Origin: Opitutales bacterium
GTDB lineage: Bacteria > Verrucomicrobiota > Verrucomicrobiia > Opitutales > JABSRG01
Direction of reading: 5' to 3'
Length of the DNA stretch: 34,702 nt
NCBI GenBank assembly: GCA_049599475.1
Contig: JBMYOQ010000045.1
Location: forward strand, 1 to 34,702
Shown here: positions 7,914-16,399 of the stretch, piece after piece
Numbering within the stretch: position 1 is the stretch's first letter
Layout: each line of letters opens with the position of its first letter
Made by a program: the position numbers and the translations under genes
Notes under the pieces: generated by a model
The model's input: the letters and a program-made list of their open reading frames with translations, nothing else
The model's database searches: none
Told to the model about the DNA's origin: nothing

Positions 7914-8882
7914 ATGGCTACCTATCATTCTCGAAAAACCGTCCGCATGGAGCTGCTCCAACTCCTTGCCAAAGACTACAATGGAAATGTCTTTAAGTTC
8001 ATAACTTCGTTGGCACACGAGGATTGCCCTTCCGAAGGGACCCTTCGCTCCTCGCTAAAAACCGGAGTATTCACTGACCCAATGCTAAAGCGTTTGGCAA
8101 ACACGATTGGGATTGATTCATTCTTCTTGATCGACTTTGAGCACAAGTTACTCGGCTCACTGGAGGCGTATCGCGCCGCAGAGAAGCCTAATCGTAAGGC
8201 TGTAGAGAAAGACCCGAGTCTTCTCGAAAAAAACGATCTAGGCATTCCCCTGTGTGAACTCACTGATAAGGGCGTTGATAAAGAGAAGGAATTCGGTTTT
8301 GGAGCTGAAAACTTGGTCCATGGGGGCTTCCTCTATGATCATTGGAACGTAGACCACATCCTTGAGCGCGTTTTCAAAGCCGACATTGATGACGAAATCC
8401 GCATGCTCACTACTTTTCCGCTCTCACACCCACGTATTTTGCCACGACTTGAGCGCAAGCTCGAGCTGCAATCTCGTCGAGGCCGAAAAGATAAACGTTG
8501 CTCTGTGAAAGTGTTGCTGATGAACCCCTTTGAGGAAGAGCTCGTGTATGCGCGCTACAAGCTCCGTAGCGATTGCGAAAATCGAAGCGCCGAGATTATC
8601 TCAGTTGTTCAGAAGCTTCTCTGCATGCAAGAGCAATACAAGCACGTGTGCGATTTGGAGGTCCTCTTCTACACAAACATGCCAAACTGGAGCTATTTTC
8701 AGATCGGAGATAAAGCTATTTACGTCGGAAGTCTCCCCCCTCACGACGCCGCTGCCAATGGCCTAGTCAACCTCCTGACTGATAACACCTCTGACGCTTG
8801 GGACTTCGTTGAACGTGGTTTCCACACAGTCTATGGTTCCGCCGAAAATGCTGCAGATGTCATCAACGAAAACGCCGTCTAG
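7914..8882 (+). CDS. Putative regulator: HTH-like N-terminus with a DUF5919/PLD-like C-terminal domain
   Basis: ATG 7914 (MATYHS); PSEGTLRSSLKTG...MLKRLANTIGID resembles an XRE HTH; VKVLLMNP...FYTNMPNWSYFQIGDKAIYVG resembles DUF5919 by eye. Confidence 0.6.
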   Translation: MATYHSRKTVRMELLQLLAKDYNGNVFKFITSLAHEDCPSEGTLRSSLKTGVFTDPMLKRLANTIGIDSFFLIDFEHKLLGSLEAYRAAEKPNRKAVEKDPSLLEKNDLGIPLCELTDKGVDKEKEFGFGAENLVHGGFLYDHWNVDHILERVFKADIDDEIRMLTTFPLSHPRILPRLERKLELQSRRGRKDKRCSVKVLLMNPFEEELVYARYKLRSDCENRSAEIISVVQKLLCMQEQYKHVCDLEVLFYTNMPNWSYFQIGDKAIYVGSLPPHDAAANGLVNLLTDNTSDAWDFVERGFHTVYGSAENAADVINENAV

Positions 8883-8887
8883 TTTTT

Positions 8888-9418
8888 GTGCTATCTGAAG
8901 CCGACATCGATACACGCCGAATGCGATCAATCGAAGAAGCGATTGATCGCTACGGCGTTTATATCCAGAACTACCTGTTTGGGCTTACGAAAGACTGGCA
9001 TGCTGCGGAGGATATTGCGGACAAGCTTTGGGTGTTCGTATATGAGCGTTTTAAGGATGAGCAGATGCTCGAAATCCGCTTGATCAAGTTTAAGGCCTAC
9101 CAGCTCTTTTGTGAATACTATCGCAAGGTGAAGCGCTCGAAGCTGGATTTTACCGACGAGGTGCCGGAGCACACGTTTGGCACAACTAGCAAGGATCTCG
9201 GGACGCCTGAGTACGAGGAAGCCTTCAGGCAGAAATTCATGGAGGACTATGCGGATGTAGGTTTGAGCGAAAAACAGTTTCAAGCCCTCATCTGGAACTG
9301 CCGCGATGGCTATACCATTCTTGAAATCGCGGAGAGGCTCGGAGTCGGGAAATCAACGGTTGGCGACTGGATAAAGGACGCTAAGAATAAATTTGCGGAG
9401 TATTTTGCGAAAGCGTAG
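8888..9418 (+). CDS. RNA polymerase sigma-70 family, ECF-type sigma factor
   Basis: Region 2-like WHAAEDIADKLWV; region 4 HTH LSEKQFQAL...YTILEIAERLGVGKSTV; 176 aa. Confidence 0.88.
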   Translation: MLSEADIDTRRMRSIEEAIDRYGVYIQNYLFGLTKDWHAAEDIADKLWVFVYERFKDEQMLEIRLIKFKAYQLFCEYYRKVKRSKLDFTDEVPEHTFGTTSKDLGTPEYEEAFRQKFMEDYADVGLSEKQFQALIWNCRDGYTILEIAERLGVGKSTVGDWIKDAKNKFAEYFAKA

Positions 9419-9425
9419 AAATATT

Positions 9426-9614
9426 ATGATGCCACAGGATGACAAAGATCAGGGCCGCATCTCGGCAGACAACGTTCACGAGTTGGTTCGTGACTACGGT
9501 AAGCCGCTCGCACCGGAGCGTAAGCAATCGATCATGGAGAAGATCCGACAATCTAAAGGACGTTCGGAAGAAGCCGAGCGGGATAACGAGAAAGACCGCG
9601 ACTTCGGGCGTTGA
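9426..9614 (+). CDS. Small charged protein following the sigma gene (candidate anti-sigma)
   Basis: ATG 7 nt after the sigma stop; 62 aa ending ERDNEKDRDFGR; followed by a terminator. Confidence 0.65.
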   Translation: MMPQDDKDQGRISADNVHELVRDYGKPLAPERKQSIMEKIRQSKGRSEEAERDNEKDRDFGR

Positions 9615-9627
9615 TCTTTAAAAGCAA

Positions 9628-9657
9628 AAAAGCGCACCGCCTGAGCGATGCGCTTTT
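9628..9657. terminator. Bidirectional intrinsic terminator
   Basis: AAAAGCGCACCGC-ctga-GCGATGCGCTTTT between convergent genes. Confidence 0.75.
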
Positions 9658-9683
9658 CTTTAACCACTTCTCCGAAAGAACCC

Positions 9684-10016
9684 CTAGCGGCTGCGGGTCT
9701 CTGATTGCTCATTGAGCTGGCCAACGGGGAGCCCTTGGCCAATGCGGTGCTGCTCCAGATAGGCTTGCATGCCGATCCCCGTGTCCTTCTCGAAGATCTG
9801 ATTGATCTCCATGCGGGCTTGCGGCTCGGTGATGCCTTTTGCGGCGGCGTAACCCGTCGCCAGATCCTTGAGCGGATAGCGATAGGCTCCACGTTCATCG
9901 ATTGAGTCCTGGAGGCGCGTGACGAGCTTACGCTCGGCATTGCGCTCCACTGCATTCGATGCGACCTGGGCGAGTTGAGGTTTAGAGGCGGTTGCGGTGT
10001 CTTGTGTCTTTTCCAT
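9684..10016 (-). CDS. Hypothetical protein with an Arg-rich C-terminus
   Basis: ATG 10016 (MEKTQDT); 110 aa ending NEQSETRSR; promoter motif upstream and terminator downstream. Confidence 0.7.
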   Translation of the reverse strand: MEKTQDTATASKPQLAQVASNAVERNAERKLVTRLQDSIDERGAYRYPLKDLATGYAAAKGITEPQARMEINQIFEKDTGIGMQAYLEQHRIGQGLPVGQLNEQSETRSR

Positions 10017-10058
10017 GAGTTTTGAATTGTTTTGGTGCTTCATTGCACATGGGAAGTT

Positions 10059-10084
10059 ACGCCGGAACCTTTTGAAAAATCCGG
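10059..10084 (-). promoter_or_regulatory. Putative ECF-type promoter CCGGAT-N17-CGT
   Basis: Minus strand CCGGATTTTTcaaaaggttccgGCGT; shares CCGGATTTTT-N12-GCGT with 33282-33307. Confidence 0.65.
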
Positions 10085-10142
10085 TGTGCTTCGAAAAAAA
10101 ACGGTTCACTTTCTGAGAATGTGCATCCTTCTATAACAGGCT

Positions 10143-10172
10143 TTGACATTGAGATGCTATTTTCAGTAATCT
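10143..10172 (+). promoter_or_regulatory. Sigma70-type promoter of the defence operon
   Basis: TTGACA (10143-10148), 18 nt, TAATCT (10167-10172); the ATG starts at 10179. Confidence 0.55.
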
Positions 10173-10178
10173 CGTGGG

Positions 10179-10361
10179 ATGAATGTTTCCTTAACCGATC
10201 AGCTCGAAAACTTCGTTAATCGCTTAGTTGAGCGAGGTCGCTATCGTTCTGCGAGTGAGGTTGTGCGCGAAGGGCTTCGTCTGCTAGAAATACGGGAGTC
10301 GCAGCTTAAAGACAGCCGTGACGAAAACGGCAATAATCCAGAACAAGCCAACCAAGGGTAA
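10179..10361 (+). CDS. ParD-family ribbon-helix-helix antitoxin-like regulator (no partner toxin)
   Basis: MNVSLT...VERGRYRSASEVVREGLRLLE is the ParD/CC2985 family signature. Confidence 0.88.
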   Translation: MNVSLTDQLENFVNRLVERGRYRSASEVVREGLRLLEIRESQLKDSRDENGNNPEQANQG

Positions 10362-10369
10362 ACTCGACA

Positions 10370-13126
10370 ATGAACGCAGTCGAAATCGAAGAAGCAATAT
10401 CTCTTCTGGCCGAGCAGCCTTTTGAGGCTGACGCATTCCCGTATTCGTTTCTGGAAGCCTTTGGTAATAAGGCGACGACGATTAAGCGGCTTAGAAGCGG
10501 CTCTACCAATAAATCAGATGTGGGCGGCCTGTTGCAGCGCGGCAATATTCATATCAAAACATGTGCTGAAGGCGAAGTCGCCGCTACGCTCGATGCGCTT
10601 CGCGATAGCTCCGCGACCGCAAAGCAGAAAGTTCGCTTCATCCTATCAACAGATGGAATCGAATTGCAGGCTGAAGACATGGAAGGCGGCGATACCATTG
10701 CTTGTGATTATGCGGATTTTTCGAACCACTTTGTCTTCTTTCTCAAACTCGGTGGAATTAGTTTTGAGAAGCAAATTAAAGACGTAGAGTTAGATATTAA
10801 GGCGACCAGCCGACTGAACCGCCTCTATGTCGAGCTACTAAAAGATAACTTGGATTGGGGAACTGAAGCCCGCCGCCATGAGATGAATCATTTTATGGCA
10901 CGTCTCATTTTCTGCTTCTTCGCAGAAGACACGGATATTTTCAATGGAAACGATTTGTTCACCGCAACCGTTGAGCAAATGAGTGCACGAGATTCATCGA
11001 ACACCCATGAGGTAATTGCCGAGATTTTTCGCGCAATGGACACAAGAATTGAGGATCGCGCGACAGCAAACCTCCGCCGCTGGGCAGATGCTTTCCCTCT
11101 CGTTAATGGAGGCTTGTTCTCGGGTAGCTTAGAAGTTCCGAAATTTAGCAGAATTGCTCGTGCTTATCTCATACAGGTTGGCAAGTTGGATTGGACAAAA
11201 ATCAATCCCGATATATTCGGCTCGATGATTCAGGCCGTCGCGGATGATGAGGAGCGCGGAGCTCTTGGGATGCACTACACCAGTGTACCAAATATTTTGA
11301 AAGTGCTTAACCCGCTCTTTCTCGATGACCTTCGGGCTAAGCTTAAGGAAGCCGAAGGGAACGCACGAAAGCTACTCAATCTTCGCAACCGTATTTCGCG
11401 TATTCGCGTATTTGACCCTGCTTGTGGCTCTGGAAATTTTCTTGTCATAGCATACAAAGAAATGCGCGCGATTGAGGCGGAAATCAACTTACGTCGGGGA
11501 GAGCGCGAGCGCCGGACTGATATTCCACTCACCAACTTCCGTGGTATTGAACTTAGAGACTTCTCTGCCGAAATCGCACGTCTCGCACTCATTATTGCCG
11601 AGTACCAATGCGATGTCATGTATCGAGGTCAAAAAGAGGCACTTGCTGAATTTTTGCCCCTTGAAAAAGCTAATTGGATTACTTGTGGTAATGCGCTAAA
11701 GCTAGATTGGCTCAGTATTTGCCCCCCTACGGGCACGGCAGTAAAACATCGTTCCGAAGATTTGTTTGAGACGCCACTAAATCAGGCGGACATAGACTTT
11801 CGAAATGAAGGGGGCGAAACCTATATTTGTGGAAATCCTCCGTATTTGGGGTCAACATGGCAGTCAAAAGAACAAAAGTCGGAACTCCAGTGTATATTTG
11901 AGGACAAGACCAAAAATTGGAAGTCCCTAGACTATGTTGCTGGTTGGTTCATGAAAGCATCTGACTATGGTATTCATACCGAGTCTGCTGCGGCTTTTGT
12001 ATCCACGAACTCGATTTGTCAGGGGCAGCAGGTGCCAATACTTTGGCCACTCGTTTTTGCTTCAGGACATGAAATCACCTTTGCACACACCAATTTCAAA
12101 TGGGCAAATCTAGCGAGTCACAACGCTGGTGTAACAGTTTCGATCATAGGCATCTCAAGAAGCAAGAGTACTGTAAAGAAGCTCTTCTCAACGGGTGACG
12201 ATGGGGAAACCATAGCCAAGAACGTTTCTTACATAAACGCCTATTTGGTTTCTGGGGCCAATATTGTCATTCATAAATCAAGCGCACCAATTTCTCGAGA
12301 ACTCCCCAACGTCATACGTGGGAATATCCCTGTTGATGGTGGGAATTTATACCTCAATCCCGATGAGAAACTTAGATTTCAAGAGGTGCTGGAGGATGAT
12401 CAAATAAGACTATGTTTAGGATCGGATGAGTTTATATCAGGACACCAAAAATATTGTCTCTGGCTAAAAGACTATGACCTAAACGATCTTAAGAGAAAAA
12501 GCGTTGTTTCAGAAAGACTCGAACTTGTGAAGGAAATGCGAACGTCGAGTTCTAAGAAAGCAACGCAAACTGCTGCTTCGACTCCTCACCTATTCTTTGA
12601 ACGCAGGCAGGAAGGACACGAATCCATTATCGCTATTCCTGCTATCAGTTCTGAAAACAGAGAATTCTTGCCTGTGGGGCTCTTGCCCAGCGGAACTATA
12701 ATTACCGGAAAAATGTATGGTATCTTCGATGCTCCATTATGGAACATGGCCCTACTCGCTTCGCGTCTTCATTGGGTTTGGATTGGTGCTGTCTGTGTTC
12801 GCCTAGAAATGCGTTTTTCATACTCAAACACTCTTGGATGGAACACCTTTCCCGTTCCGAGTTTAACCGAGTCTAACAAAGCAGACCTGACGCATTCCGC
12901 AGAAGAATTACTTCTGGCTAGAGAAGCGCATTTTCCAGCTACTATTGCTGAACTTTATGATCCTAAAAAGATGCCTGAAAATCTTAGACAGGCGCATAAG
13001 CGCAACGACGAAGTTTTAGAGCGTATTTATATAGGTCGTCGTTTCAAGAACGATACCGAGCGACTGGAAAAGCTCTTTGATCTTTATACCAAAATGACCG
13101 CCACCAAAAAGGTTGGAGAAAATTAA
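10370..13126 (+). CDS. yeeA: MmeI/YeeA-like N6-adenine DNA methyltransferase with target recognition domain
   Basis: RLIFCFFAEDT, LGMHYTS, motif I FDPACGSGNF, motif IV GNPPYLG and C-terminal YSNTLGWNTFPVP. Confidence 0.9.
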   Translation: MNAVEIEEAISLLAEQPFEADAFPYSFLEAFGNKATTIKRLRSGSTNKSDVGGLLQRGNIHIKTCAEGEVAATLDALRDSSATAKQKVRFILSTDGIELQAEDMEGGDTIACDYADFSNHFVFFLKLGGISFEKQIKDVELDIKATSRLNRLYVELLKDNLDWGTEARRHEMNHFMARLIFCFFAEDTDIFNGNDLFTATVEQMSARDSSNTHEVIAEIFRAMDTRIEDRATANLRRWADAFPLVNGGLFSGSLEVPKFSRIARAYLIQVGKLDWTKINPDIFGSMIQAVADDEERGALGMHYTSVPNILKVLNPLFLDDLRAKLKEAEGNARKLLNLRNRISRIRVFDPACGSGNFLVIAYKEMRAIEAEINLRRGERERRTDIPLTNFRGIELRDFSAEIARLALIIAEYQCDVMYRGQKEALAEFLPLEKANWITCGNALKLDWLSICPPTGTAVKHRSEDLFETPLNQADIDFRNEGGETYICGNPPYLGSTWQSKEQKSELQCIFEDKTKNWKSLDYVAGWFMKASDYGIHTESAAAFVSTNSICQGQQVPILWPLVFASGHEITFAHTNFKWANLASHNAGVTVSIIGISRSKSTVKKLFSTGDDGETIAKNVSYINAYLVSGANIVIHKSSAPISRELPNVIRGNIPVDGGNLYLNPDEKLRFQEVLEDDQIRLCLGSDEFISGHQKYCLWLKDYDLNDLKRKSVVSERLELVKEMRTSSSKKATQTAASTPHLFFERRQEGHESIIAIPAISSENREFLPVGLLPSGTIITGKMYGIFDAPLWNMALLASRLHWVWIGAVCVRLEMRFSYSNTLGWNTFPVPSLTESNKADLTHSAEELLLAREAHFPATIAELYDPKKMPENLRQAHKRNDEVLERIYIGRRFKNDTERLEKLFDLYTKMTATKKVGEN

Positions 13127-13145
13127 CTTTGAAAGGAATTCCAAA

Positions 13146-15200
13146 ATGACTGCCCAAAAATCAGTGCCCTCAGTCTCTGTCACTTATGCTCAAAAAGGCA
13201 CATCGGCAGCCTCCAATGAGTTAGGTATGCGCCCTATGCAAGAGCGTGCGTATCAGAAGCGTGGTGAGCAGTATTTATTAATCAAATCACCTCCTGCTTC
13301 AGGGAAGAGTCGGGCTCTGATGTTTGTAGCTCTCGACAAGCTACATAACCAAGGGCTGAAGCAGGCCATCATAGTCGTGCCGGAGAAATCAATTGGTTCG
13401 AGCTTTAACAATGAGCCGCTCAGCAAATTTGGTTTTTGGGCAGATTGGACGGTCGAACCTAAATGGAATCTTTGTAACGCGCCAGGCTCAGAGGGCGGCA
13501 AGGTGAACTCGGTGAAGGCTTTCTTAGATGGTGATTCCAAGGTGCTTGTATGCACCCATGCGACATTTCGCTTTGCTGTAGATAAGTTTGGCGTGGAAGC
13601 ATTCGATAACCGCCTGCTTGCGGTCGATGAGTTTCACCATGTTTCTGCCAACCCCGACAACAAGCTTGGGGCGCATTTAGGGGAATTTATTTCCCGGGAT
13701 AAAACGCACATCGTCGCCATGACTGGATCCTATTTTCGTGGCGATGCTGAGGCTGTCCTTAATCCTGAGGACGAAGGAAAGTTCGATACGGTCAAATACA
13801 CTTACTACGAGCAGTTAAACGGCTATGAGCATCTGAAGCAGCTTGATATCGGTTACTATTTTTATACAGGCCGCTACTCAGACGAAATTCTGCAGGTTCT
13901 CGATCCTAACGAGAAAACAATCGTGCATATCCCAAACGTGAACTCACGGGAAAGCACGAAGGATAAAATACGAGAAGTAGAGCACATCCTTGAAGAGCTT
14001 GGGGATTGGCAAGGAACTGATCCCGAAACAGGCTTCCAGCTTGTTAAAACCGCAGCGGGACGAATTTTGAAAATAGCGGATTTGGTGGATGATGATCCCG
14101 CAAAGCGTGATCGTGTATCTGCATCTCTTAAAGATCCATCGCAGAAAAATAATCGTGACCATGTGGACATCATCATTGCACTCGGCATGGCCAAAGAGGG
14201 CTTCGATTGGATCTGGTGTGAACATGCACTGACCGTTGGCTATCGCTCTAGTCTCACAGAAATTATACAGATCATTGGTCGCGCCACACGGGACGCTCCA
14301 AACAAAAGCAAGGCTCGTTTTACCAATCTGATTGCAGAACCGGATGCAGGTGAAGACGCGGTTGTTGAAGCGGTCAATGACACGCTCAAAGCAATTGCTG
14401 CCAGCTTACTCATGGAGCAAGTGCTTGCGCCGCGTTTTGAATTCCGTCCCAAGCGAGCAGACAATCAGCCGACTGATGGGTTCGATTACGGTGAAGATGG
14501 CTATCAGTCGAACGAACCGAATATCGGGTTCAATGAGGAAACGGGAAAAATCCAGATGGAGATCAATGGTCTCGTCGAGCCAAAGAGCGAGCAAGCTCAG
14601 CGGATTTGCCAAGACGATCTCAACGAAGTGATTACTGCGTTTGTTCAGGATAAGGACACGGTTGAGCGCGGCGTCTTCGACCAGGAAGAGACATTGCCGG
14701 AAGAGCTTACGATCGTTCGCATGGGAAAAATTATTAGAGATAAGTATCCCGAACTGGATGAGGAAGATCAGGAAGCCGTGCGCCAACATGCTGTTGCGGC
14801 ACTCAATCTAATACAGAAAGCCAAGGAAGGTATCGTGGACAATGGTGACGGCACTCCAACCGCGAATACCGCGCTCTTGGATGGCGTTCGCAAGTATGCG
14901 ATGGATGTGAAGACACTCGATATTGACCTGATCGATAGGATTAACCCATTTGGAGAAGCCTACGCAATTCTCTCAAAGTCAATGAACGAGGAACGGCTGA
15001 AGCGAATAAAAGAGATTATCGGGGCACGGAATGTCAGCATGACGATTGAAGAGGCTCGTGAACTCGCAAAGCGTGCTCTCCAATTTAAGAAGGAAAAGGA
15101 TCGTTTACCTTCCCTGACCGCCGCTGATCCATGGGAGAAACGCATGGCTGAAGGGATTGCCTTCTTGCAGAGCAAGGCAAAGGAGGAGCAGGATGGCTAA
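13146..15200 (+). CDS. yeeB: SF2 DEAD/DEAH-type helicase, YeeB-like
   Basis: SPPASGKS, DEFHH, MTGS and QIIGRATRD; GAAAGGA RBS before ATG 13146; lies between yeeA- and yeeC-like genes. Confidence 0.87.
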   Translation: MTAQKSVPSVSVTYAQKGTSAASNELGMRPMQERAYQKRGEQYLLIKSPPASGKSRALMFVALDKLHNQGLKQAIIVVPEKSIGSSFNNEPLSKFGFWADWTVEPKWNLCNAPGSEGGKVNSVKAFLDGDSKVLVCTHATFRFAVDKFGVEAFDNRLLAVDEFHHVSANPDNKLGAHLGEFISRDKTHIVAMTGSYFRGDAEAVLNPEDEGKFDTVKYTYYEQLNGYEHLKQLDIGYYFYTGRYSDEILQVLDPNEKTIVHIPNVNSRESTKDKIREVEHILEELGDWQGTDPETGFQLVKTAAGRILKIADLVDDDPAKRDRVSASLKDPSQKNNRDHVDIIIALGMAKEGFDWIWCEHALTVGYRSSLTEIIQIIGRATRDAPNKSKARFTNLIAEPDAGEDAVVEAVNDTLKAIAASLLMEQVLAPRFEFRPKRADNQPTDGFDYGEDGYQSNEPNIGFNEETGKIQMEINGLVEPKSEQAQRICQDDLNEVITAFVQDKDTVERGVFDQEETLPEELTIVRMGKIIRDKYPELDEEDQEAVRQHAVAALNLIQKAKEGIVDNGDGTPTANTALLDGVRKYAMDVKTLDIDLIDRINPFGEAYAILSKSMNEERLKRIKEIIGARNVSMTIEEARELAKRALQFKKEKDRLPSLTAADPWEKRMAEGIAFLQSKAKEEQDG

Positions 15201-16398
15201 GAAGCAGGTCAGCCAGGACGACATTGATCTCCTAGGGGCGCTCGGTGTCGATACTGCACCCAAGAAAAAAACTGCACGCACTCCGCTTGAGCAAAGGATC
15301 ATTGCGGGGTACGAGGAAATCGAACGCTTTGTAGAACAACATGGAAGACTTCCACTGCACGGGGAAAGCCGTGACATTTTTGAACGTCTTTATGCCGTCC
15401 GTTTGGATCAGCTGCGGAACTCTGGAGAGTGTCGCGAAGTTCTCAGCGAGATCGATGTGAAGGGCCTTCTCGACATGGAAGATGACTCGCAAGCGATGGC
15501 AGTAAATGAGGACACAGTGACCGACGAGGAACTTCTGGAAGCTCTCGGCGTGAACGCTGATAGCTCCGACGATATTACTCAACTAAAGCATGTGCGCCCT
15601 CAGAGTGAAATAAGAGCTGCTGAGGATGCCGCACGGCGCAAGCCTTGTGAAAACTTTGGGGTGTTTAAACCGTTGTTCACGCAAATTCAAAAAGACATTC
15701 AGTCAGGTGCTCGCAGAACAGTTAAATACGATGACGACACTCAGATAAAAAAGGGAGACTTCTTTATCTTTGATGGACTCAAGGCCTATGTCGCTGAAAT
15801 TGGTGAGGCGCATTACCGACGCAGCAAGGAAACCGACAGGCGCTTGCTCGTGGTATTCGATAATGGAACCGAAAGCGAAATGCTCTATCGCTCGCTTCAA
15901 AGGGCGCTGAGGAAAGATGAAAACAGTCGGCGTATCAGTGATCCAACACTGGGGCCTCTATTCTCCGATCAGGAAGAAGATGGTGACCAAGCCGTAGGGC
16001 ATGTTTATGTGCTGCGAAGCAAGTCTGATAACCCGTTTATCCAAGAGAACCGAAAAGTAATTCACAAGATTGGCATTACAAAAGGGTCGGTGAAAAAAAG
16101 GGTGGCAAATGCCGCGAAAGATCCGACTTATCTTCTTGCTGATGTCGAGGTGGTCGAGACTTACAAGGTTGCCAATTTGGATCTCACTAAACTCGAGAAG
16201 CTCTTGCACAAGTTCTTCGAGCCTGCTCGCTTGGACCTTCAGTTAAAGGATCGTTTTGGCTTTGATGTAGAGCCACGTGAGTGGTTTCTCGTGCCGCTAC
16301 CGATAATCGAGGATGCTATTCAAAAGCTAGTAGACGGCACGCTTCCCAAATATCGCTACGAGCCGAAAGAAGGCCGGATTGTAATAGAATCGGATTAA
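15193..16398 (+). CDS. yeeC: GIY-YIG (T5orf172/MUG113) nuclease, YeeC-like
   Basis: GHVYVLRS...HKIGIT...LEKLLHKFF...PREWF; AGGAGG RBS; overlaps the helicase stop. Confidence 0.87.
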   Translation: MAKKQVSQDDIDLLGALGVDTAPKKKTARTPLEQRIIAGYEEIERFVEQHGRLPLHGESRDIFERLYAVRLDQLRNSGECREVLSEIDVKGLLDMEDDSQAMAVNEDTVTDEELLEALGVNADSSDDITQLKHVRPQSEIRAAEDAARRKPCENFGVFKPLFTQIQKDIQSGARRTVKYDDDTQIKKGDFFIFDGLKAYVAEIGEAHYRRSKETDRRLLVVFDNGTESEMLYRSLQRALRKDENSRRISDPTLGPLFSDQEEDGDQAVGHVYVLRSKSDNPFIQENRKVIHKIGITKGSVKKRVANAAKDPTYLLADVEVVETYKVANLDLTKLEKLLHKFFEPARLDLQLKDRFGFDVEPREWFLVPLPIIEDAIQKLVDGTLPKYRYEPKEGRIVIESD

Positions 16399-16399
16399 C

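Noticed and set aside
10030..10370. ParE toxin partner for the ParD-like gene
   Set aside because: There is no room and no suitable ORF on either side.
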